Shown one piece after another: positions 58,024-64,000 of a stretch of DNA of 64,000 nucleotides (position 1 is the first letter of the stretch; each line of letters opens with the position of its first letter). This DNA comes from an uncultured Rhodobacteraceae bacterium (GTDB lineage Bacteria > Pseudomonadota > Alphaproteobacteria > Rhodobacterales > Rhodobacteraceae): assembly GCA_943787785.1 (NCBI GenBank), contig CALSNT010000001.1, positions 65,423-129,422 of the forward strand. The letters run 5' to 3'. The notes under the pieces were generated by a model. It was not told the origin of the DNA. It did not search any database and worked only from the letters and a program-made list of their open reading frames with translations. The translations under genes were made by a program, and so were the position numbers.

Positions 58024-59487
58024 ATGAGCAAGCTCATCAAGGGCGGCACGGTCGTTACGGCGGATCGCCAGTGGAAAGCCGATGTGCTGATTGAGGGCGA
58101 GAAAATCGCCGCGATTGGCGAAGGTCTCAAAGGCGATGAGGTAATCGACGCCGAGGGCGCCTATGTCATCCCGGGTGGCATTGATCCGCACACGCACCTG
58201 GAAATGCCGTTCATGGGCACCACGGCAGCGGAAACCTTCGAATCCGGCACTTTCGCGGCGGCGGCGGGCGGCACCACGATGCTGGTCGATTTTTGCCTGC
58301 CGGGCGAGGATGGCAGCCTGCTGAACGCCGTCGACGAATGGGATCGCAAGTCGAAAGATCAGATCTGCACCGACATCAGCTATCACATGGCGATCACCGG
58401 CTGGTCCGAGCAGATCTTCAACGAGATGGCCGACGTGGTGAACAAGCGTGGCATCAACACCTTCAAGCATTTCATGGCCTACAAGGGCGCGCTTATGGTG
58501 GAAGATGACGAGATGTTTGCCAGCTTCAGCCGCTGCGCAGAACTCGGCGCACTGCCGCTGGTCCACGCAGAAAACGGTGATATCGTTGCGGCCAAGCAGG
58601 AACAGTTGATCGCTGACGGGATCACTGGGCCGGAAGGCCACGCCTATTCCCGCCCGCCCGAGGTTGAGGGCGAGGCCGCGAACCGTGCCATCATGATTGC
58701 CGACGCTGCCGGAACACCGCTTTATATCGTGCATGTGTCCTGCGAACAGGCGCATGAAGCGATCCGCCGGGCGCGCCAGAAGGGCATGCGGGTGTTTGGC
58801 GAACCGCTGATCCAGCACCTGACGCTGGATGAAAGCGAGTATTTCAACAAGGACTGGCAATATGCCGCGCGCCGCGTGATGAGCCCGCCGTTCCGGTCCA
58901 AGGACCATCAGGACAGTCTGTGGGCCGGGCTTGCCTCGGGGTCTCTGCAGGTGGTCGCAACCGACCACGCGGCGTTCAACGACGAACAGAAGCGGATGGG
59001 TGTCGACAACTTCACCATGATCCCCAACGGCACCGGGGGTCTGGAGGAACGCATGGCGATGCTGTGGACGCGGGGCGTGGAAACCGGGCGGCTGACGCCG
59101 GAGGAATTCGTTGCGGTCACGTCCACCAACATCGCAAAGATCCTCAACATCTATCCGCTGAAGGGCGGGATCAACGTGGGGGGGGACGCCGACGTGGTGG
59201 TCTGGGATCCGACGATCAGCAAGACAGTCGCTGTCAGCACGCAGAAATCCATAATTGATTACAACGTGTTCGAGGGCATGGAGGTGACGGCGCAGGCCCG
59301 CTACACGGTGAGCCGGGGCGAGGTTATCTGGGCCTACGGCCAGAACAGCCAGCCGCAACCGGGGCGCGGGAAGTTTGTGCGCCGGTCTCCGTTCGCAAGT
59401 GCCAGCCAGGCGCTGAGCAAGTGGAAGGCGCTGACCACGCCGAGGAAGATCGAACGTGATCCGCTGAATATTCCGTCGGGGGTTTGA
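58024..59487 (+). CDS. hydA: Dihydropyrimidinase (D-hydantoinase)
   Basis: MSKLIKGGTVVTAD...GGIDPHTHLEMPF, FKHFMAYKG (carboxylated Lys context), ATDHAAF, 487 aa. Confidence 0.9.
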   Translation: MSKLIKGGTVVTADRQWKADVLIEGEKIAAIGEGLKGDEVIDAEGAYVIPGGIDPHTHLEMPFMGTTAAETFESGTFAAAAGGTTMLVDFCLPGEDGSLLNAVDEWDRKSKDQICTDISYHMAITGWSEQIFNEMADVVNKRGINTFKHFMAYKGALMVEDDEMFASFSRCAELGALPLVHAENGDIVAAKQEQLIADGITGPEGHAYSRPPEVEGEAANRAIMIADAAGTPLYIVHVSCEQAHEAIRRARQKGMRVFGEPLIQHLTLDESEYFNKDWQYAARRVMSPPFRSKDHQDSLWAGLASGSLQVVATDHAAFNDEQKRMGVDNFTMIPNGTGGLEERMAMLWTRGVETGRLTPEEFVAVTSTNIAKILNIYPLKGGINVGGDADVVVWDPTISKTVAVSTQKSIIDYNVFEGMEVTAQARYTVSRGEVIWAYGQNSQPQPGRGKFVRRSPFASASQALSKWKALTTPRKIERDPLNIPSGV

Positions 59488-59975
59488 TGAGAGGGCTGTT
59501 TGCGGTGCTGGGCATCTTGGTTGCGAGCATGCAAACGGCGTTGCTTTTGTTTTTTGCGATCTCTGTTGATAGGCTTGGCCAAAGTTTCTATTGGCAAAAT
59601 ATCAAAGATATTCCTATCGCCCTGATGGGTCTGATGTTTTTATTCTTTTTTCTTGTTTTTCCTGCAGCGGTGGGTTGCCGCATTCTAATGAGGGTCTTTC
59701 GAGCGATTAGGAAGACAACATTTGCTGCATGGGGCGTCTTGCTTGGTGTTGCCATGCTCTCGTTAAATGCTGAGTTGCTGCTTTGCGATTCAAGTTTTCC
59801 TTACAGTTGCTCAACAGGCTTCACCATCTTCTCAAGTTTCATTGGATGGCTCATTGGCGCGGCACTTCTTGGTGCGTTGGCAGGGATCACAACTTGGCGG
59901 ATCGAATACTCGATGGGCAGGCATTTCTTGCGGCCGCGCTTGCCGAACAAGCAAACGATTGGGGCCACTCAGTGA
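59484..59975 (+). CDS. Hypothetical polytopic membrane protein, conspicuously AT-rich
   Basis: ATGA overlap with the hydA stop and GTGA-type overlap with the next gene. 4-5 hydrophobic segments. Runs such as cttttgttttttgcg and tttttattcttttttcttgtttttcc contrast with the flanking GC-rich genes. Confidence 0.5.
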   Translation: MMRGLFAVLGILVASMQTALLLFFAISVDRLGQSFYWQNIKDIPIALMGLMFLFFFLVFPAAVGCRILMRVFRAIRKTTFAAWGVLLGVAMLSLNAELLLCDSSFPYSCSTGFTIFSSFIGWLIGAALLGALAGITTWRIEYSMGRHFLRPRLPNKQTIGATQ

Positions 59976-60751
59976 ATCGCGTCATCTCCGCCCAATCCCT
60001 GGACCTCACCTTCAAAACCAACGACGGCCCGGTCCACGCCCTCAAGGACGTCACGCTGGACATCCATAAGGGTGAGTTCGTCAGCTTCATCGGCCCCTCG
60101 GGCTGCGGCAAGACGACGTTCCTCAGGTGCATCGCTGCGCTGGAAGATCCGACCGGCGGTACGCTTTCGGTCAATGGGATGACCCCGGACGAAGCGCGGC
60201 GGGCGCGCGCCTATGGTTACGTCTTTCAGGCCGCCGGCCTCTACCCCTGGCGGACCATCGCCGGGAACATCAAGCTGCCGCTGGAGATCATGGGGTTCTC
60301 GAAATCCGAGCAAGCCGAGCGGGTGGAGCGTGTCCTCGACCTCGTCGAACTCACCGGCTTCGGCAAGAAATTCCCCTGGCAGCTGTCAGGGGGAATGCAA
60401 CAGCGCGCCAGTATCGCCCGCGCGCTGGCGTTCGACGCCGACATCCTGCTGATGGACGAACCCTTCGGCGCGCTGGATGAGATTGTGCGCGATCACCTGA
60501 ACGAACAACTGCTCAGCCTCTGGGCTCGTACCGAAAAGACCATCGCCTTCGTTACCCACTCGATCCCCGAGGCAGTGTATCTGTCCACCAAGATCGTCGT
60601 CATGTCGCCGCGCCCCGGGCGGATCACCGATGTGATCGAAAGCTCCCTACCACGCGACCGCCCGCTGGATATCCGCGACAGCACCGAATTTATCGACATT
60701 GCCCACCGGGTCCGCGAAGGTCTGCGGGCCGGTCACGGTGATGATGTGTAA
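59972..60751 (+). CDS. ABC transporter ATP-binding protein (NitT/TauT family)
   Basis: GTG start VNRVISAQSLDL. Walker A GPSGCGKTT, signature LSGGMQQRASIARAL, Walker B ILLMDEPF. Confidence 0.9.
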   Translation: MNRVISAQSLDLTFKTNDGPVHALKDVTLDIHKGEFVSFIGPSGCGKTTFLRCIAALEDPTGGTLSVNGMTPDEARRARAYGYVFQAAGLYPWRTIAGNIKLPLEIMGFSKSEQAERVERVLDLVELTGFGKKFPWQLSGGMQQRASIARALAFDADILLMDEPFGALDEIVRDHLNEQLLSLWARTEKTIAFVTHSIPEAVYLSTKIVVMSPRPGRITDVIESSLPRDRPLDIRDSTEFIDIAHRVREGLRAGHGDDV

Positions 60752-60820
60752 CCAGAATTCCAAGGAGTTTGTGTTGAAATGAAAATCTGGACCCAGCGCC
60801 CGCACACCGATGGACCTTTG

Positions 60821-61381
60821 ATGAAACGACTGTTCGCGGCTTGTCTGGCAGGCTCGCTGATGGTCGCGCCCGATATCGGTGCGGCGCAAGAGCAGTCGCA
60901 ATCCGAGGAGCCTGCCGACGACGGCTCGATCACGCTGGTCCCTGCAATTCAGGGCGAATCGAACGGATTTCGCGCCCTCGCGGTTATTACCGCCGACGAA
61001 AAGTGGTTAGAGAAATTCGAAAATCCGGGCGAGAACGGGCCGGAGTTTGAATTGCGGCCGATCCTCGATATAGGCAAACCCGCCCGGTTATTAATCTTCT
61101 TTGCCGGGGCCTTTCCGGATAATGGTCAAGTCAACGTGTTGTGCGAATTGCGCTTGTCACACGACGATGAGGTTGTGCACGAAGTTGATCCTGTTACGTG
61201 CAGCGAAGCCGACGATCCTGGCGACGTTGAGCGGTTGTTGTTGGCTGATACAACGCTGGTTATCACGCCCACTGCCGAAGACGCTGGAAAAATCCTCAAA
61301 GTCGAGGTTGGTGTGACGGATGAGTTGCGCAGCGAATACGTGCCTCTGGAATTGTCGGTGGCATATGGGAATGCCGAGTGA
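60821..61381 (+). CDS. Hypothetical secreted protein inside the ABC operon
   Basis: Signal peptide MKRLFAACLAGSLMVAPDIGAAQ, followed by an acidic mature part. Its stop overlaps the permease start. Confidence 0.5.
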   Translation: MKRLFAACLAGSLMVAPDIGAAQEQSQSEEPADDGSITLVPAIQGESNGFRALAVITADEKWLEKFENPGENGPEFELRPILDIGKPARLLIFFAGAFPDNGQVNVLCELRLSHDDEVVHEVDPVTCSEADDPGDVERLLLADTTLVITPTAEDAGKILKVEVGVTDELRSEYVPLELSVAYGNAE

Positions 61382-62295
61382 GGTCGGTCGTCCCGATCCT
61401 GACGGTACTGCTGGCCATCGTTATACTGTGGTACGCAGCGGCGGTGCCGATGAATATCCGGACGGCGCTGACCCAGGCTGAGCGGGACGGCGCGATCGTA
61501 GCACCTGCAACCCGGGTTGAGCGGCGCGATGCCAACGCCATCGGATTGGCGCTAAGAAATCCGTCGCACATTCCAGCAACGTTGGATCAGGAACGCGCCC
61601 GCCTTCCGACCCCGCACCGAGTTTTTAGCGAGTTGTGGAATACCACGGTGATGAAGAAGATCACTTCGAAACGGTCCCTCGTGTTCCACGCCTGGATCAC
61701 CCTGAGCGCCACGCTGCTGGGCTTTGCCATAGGAGCGGTTCTGGGCATCGCGCTGGCGGTGGGGATCGTCCATAACCGTGCGATGGATATGTCGGTGATG
61801 CCCTGGGCGATTGCGTCCCAGACGATTCCGATCCTCGCCATCGCGCCGATGATCATCGTGGTGCTGAACTCGGTCGGCATTCAGGGGCTGCTCCCCAAGG
61901 CGATGATCTCGGCCTATCTGAGCTTCTTCCCAGTCGTAGTCGGAATGGTGAAAGGGCTGCGCAGCCCGGATGCAATGCAACTGGATCAGCTTCGCACCTA
62001 CAACGCCAGCCGCACCGCGACCTTTTTCAAACTGCGCCTGCCTGCCTCGGTCCCGTATCTGTTCACTTCGCTGAAAATCGGAGCGGCGGCGGCGCTGATC
62101 GGTGCGATTGTCGGAGAGCTTCCAACCGGAGCCGTCCGCGGCCTCGGCGCGCGGCTGCTGGCGGGCAGCTATTATGGTCAGACCGAGCAAATCTGGAGTG
62201 CGCTTTTCGCCGCCGCTTTCGTTGCCGCAGGGCTTGTCGGGATCATTGGATTGTTTCAACGGATCACTATGAACCAGATGGGGTTCAACCGATGA
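61378..62295 (+). CDS. ABC transporter permease (NitT/TauT family, BPD_transp_1)
   Basis: Polytopic protein with an EAA-like loop (...GLRSPDAMQLDQLRTYNASRTATFFKLRLPASVPYLF). Confidence 0.85.
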   Translation: MRSVVPILTVLLAIVILWYAAAVPMNIRTALTQAERDGAIVAPATRVERRDANAIGLALRNPSHIPATLDQERARLPTPHRVFSELWNTTVMKKITSKRSLVFHAWITLSATLLGFAIGAVLGIALAVGIVHNRAMDMSVMPWAIASQTIPILAIAPMIIVVLNSVGIQGLLPKAMISAYLSFFPVVVGMVKGLRSPDAMQLDQLRTYNASRTATFFKLRLPASVPYLFTSLKIGAAAALIGAIVGELPTGAVRGLGARLLAGSYYGQTEQIWSALFAAAFVAAGLVGIIGLFQRITMNQMGFNR

Positions 62296-63140
62296 TCTGG
62301 CTGGCCTTCGCCGCCGCTATCTGGGTCGGGGCCTGGTGGCTGAACAGCCGTATCGCCAACTCGGCGCTGGCGCGGCAGCGCTGGGCGCAACTGTTCGTGC
62401 CGGTTCTGTTTGGCGTCACGATCCTGGTGGTGTGGGAGTGCGTTGTTCGCGGCCTTGAGGTGCCGCTGGTCATCCTGCCCGCGCCCAGCGTCATTGCTGT
62501 CAAATTCGCCGCAGAGACGTCCATCCTCTGGGCCGACTTTGTGCAGACATTCGTCAAGGGGGCCTTGTCCGGATACGTCATCGGCTGCGGCGCGGCGTTT
62601 CTGTTTGGGATTCTGGTGGACCGGTCGCAGTTCCTGCAACGTGGCCTGCTTCCGGTCAGCAATTTCATGGCCGCGTTGCCGATTGTGGGAACCGCGCCCA
62701 TTCTGGTCATGTGGTACGGCTTCGGCTGGCAGTCAAAGGCCGCCGTCGTCGTTGTCATGATCTTCTTCCCGATGCTGGTGAACACCGTGCAGGGGCTGGC
62801 GGAAGCCTCTGCCATGCAGCGTGACCTGATGCGCACTTACGGTGCGGGCTACTGGCCGACGCTGTTTAAACTGCGCTTGCCCGCCGCAATGCCGTTCATT
62901 TTCAATGGCTTGAAAATCACGTCGACGCTCGCGCTGATCGGTGCGATTGTGGCCGAGTTCTTCGGTTCACCCATAGTTGGCATGGGGTTTCGAATATCGA
63001 CTTCAGTCGGGCAGCTGGCGCTTGATATGGTCTGGGCCGAGATCACCGTGGCGGCCATTGCTGGGTCATTATTCTATGGGGCCGTCGCCCTGATCGAACG
63101 GGAGGTCACGTTCTGGCACCCGTCACAAAGACGAAACTGA
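62292..63140 (+). CDS. ABC transporter permease (NitT/TauT family)
   Basis: Paralogous to the preceding permease (...GLAEASAMQRDLMRTYGAGYWPTLFKLRLPAAMPFIF). ATGA overlap with it. Confidence 0.85.
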   Translation: MIWLAFAAAIWVGAWWLNSRIANSALARQRWAQLFVPVLFGVTILVVWECVVRGLEVPLVILPAPSVIAVKFAAETSILWADFVQTFVKGALSGYVIGCGAAFLFGILVDRSQFLQRGLLPVSNFMAALPIVGTAPILVMWYGFGWQSKAAVVVVMIFFPMLVNTVQGLAEASAMQRDLMRTYGAGYWPTLFKLRLPAAMPFIFNGLKITSTLALIGAIVAEFFGSPIVGMGFRISTSVGQLALDMVWAEITVAAIAGSLFYGAVALIEREVTFWHPSQRRN

Positions 63141-63164
63141 AAAACGTACAACAAGGAGGTTTGA

Positions 63165-64000
63165 AATGAAAAAACTACTCGCAGGGGCGCTCGCCCTGGG
63201 GCTCAGCGCAGGAGTGGCGAATGCTGCCAGCCATGCCGACGATATCACGCTGCAGTTGAAGTGGGTCACGCAGGCGCAGTTCGCCGGATATTACGTCGCG
63301 TTGGACAAAGGCTTCTATGAAAAAGAGGGGCTGAACGTCACCATTAAGCCCGGTGGCCCGGATATCGCCCCGGAACAGATCATCGCCGGTGACGGTGCCG
63401 ACGTGATCACTACCTGGATGGCGGCCGGGCTTGCCGCGCGTGAACGCGGTATCCCGCTGGTGAACATCGCACAGCCGTTCAAAACCGGCGGTCTGCAGGT
63501 GAACTGCCTGAAATCCTCGGGCGTCTCATCCCCCGACGACTTCGCGGGCAAGACCATGGGCGTCTGGTTCTTCGGAAACGAATACCCATTTTACGCCTGG
63601 ATGGCGTCGCTGGGTCTGGAAACCGATGGCGCCGATGACAATGGCGTGACGGTCATTAAGCAGGCGTTTTCGGCTGACCCGCTGATCCAGGGGCAGGCGG
63701 ACTGCATCTCGACCATGACATACAACGAGTACCGCCAGATCCTGCAGGCCGGCATTGGCGAGGACGAACTGGTGACCTTCAACTACCTGAACATGGGCTT
63801 TGGCATGTTGGAAGACGGTCTGTACGTGAAAGAAGATCGTCTGGAAGACCCGGAATTTGCCGATCAGATGGTCCGCTTCGTACGCGCCAGCATGAAAGGC
63901 TGGAAATACGCCGAGGAGAACCCTGAAGAAGCGGCAGAGATCGTGCTCGATAACGATGAAACGGGGGCGCAGACTCTGGACCACCAGATCTATATGATGG
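63165..64000 (+). CDS. ABC transporter substrate-binding protein (NMT1/THI5-like), runs off window
   Basis: RBS aaggagg. MKKLLAGALALGLSAGVANA signal peptide, then ITLQLKWVTQAQFAGYYVALDKGFYEKEGLNVTIKPGGP. Not in the ORF track because there is no stop in the window. Confidence 0.85.

Noticed and set aside
58006-59358. 450-aa reverse ORF opposite the dihydropyrimidinase gene
   Set aside because: It is the antisense shadow of hydA, with Arg/His/Pro-rich composition.

Overview
High-GC alphaproteobacterial chromosomal segment. The gene content looks Rhodobacteraceae/roseobacter-like (inference from a Hint-domain/RTX-like protein and from the accD-folC, clpP-clpX, accB-accC and NDUFA12-MlaD-DUF2155 arrangements). 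I call about 70 protein genes, rpmJ and one tRNA-Val(GAC). I saw no CRISPR array, IS element, integrase or prophage genes.

Main blocks:
- 0.3-12 kb: housekeeping genes (zapE, folC, accD, ilvD, fadH, a LysR regulator).
- 12.3-24 kb: acyl-CoA ligase plus a Liv-type ABC transporter and a PaaK-like ligase, interrupted by two insertions.
- 24-31 kb: catalytically dead caspase-like peptidoglycan-binding protein, rpmJ, tRNA-Val, an FGase-family gene, a fragmented Hint-domain protein and dinB.
- 31-35 kb: SPFH/NfeD, cytochrome c peroxidase and xylA.
- 35.4-41.4 kb: eight-gene accessory cluster (see below).
- 41.5-51.7 kb: glpDK, arsR/SRPBCC, clpPX, aat, accBC.
- 51.9-64 kb: reductive pyrimidine catabolism (preT/preA, dihydropyrimidinase, carbamoyl-amidohydrolase, a RutR-like TetR regulator with a near-consensus RutR box) plus a NitT/TauT-type ABC importer.

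Most interesting region: the 35.4-41.4 kb cluster. It combines a lasso-type leader-peptidase pair (PqqD/B1 and transglutaminase-like B2) and an HprK-like kinase with a PF14907-like nucleotidyltransferase, an Fmt-like formyltransferase, an ANL adenylating ligase, a GNAT and an ACP. It has no asparagine-synthetase-like lasso cyclase and no exporter. I interpret it as an uncharacterised peptide-tailoring, possibly peptide-acylating, system.

Second theme: about 20 single-base frame disruptions, and they are tightly clustered. They fall in accD, fadH, a small ABC-operon ORF, livM, the Hint gene and nfeD-ccp-xylA, with none detected from 35.2 to 64 kb. The translations between the breaks remain consensus-like, so this looks more like local sequence error than gene decay, but it needs read-level checking.

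A short intergenic repeat (hairpin followed by GAGTATTTG-N-GAAAAGAAGA) recurs at least 6 times.
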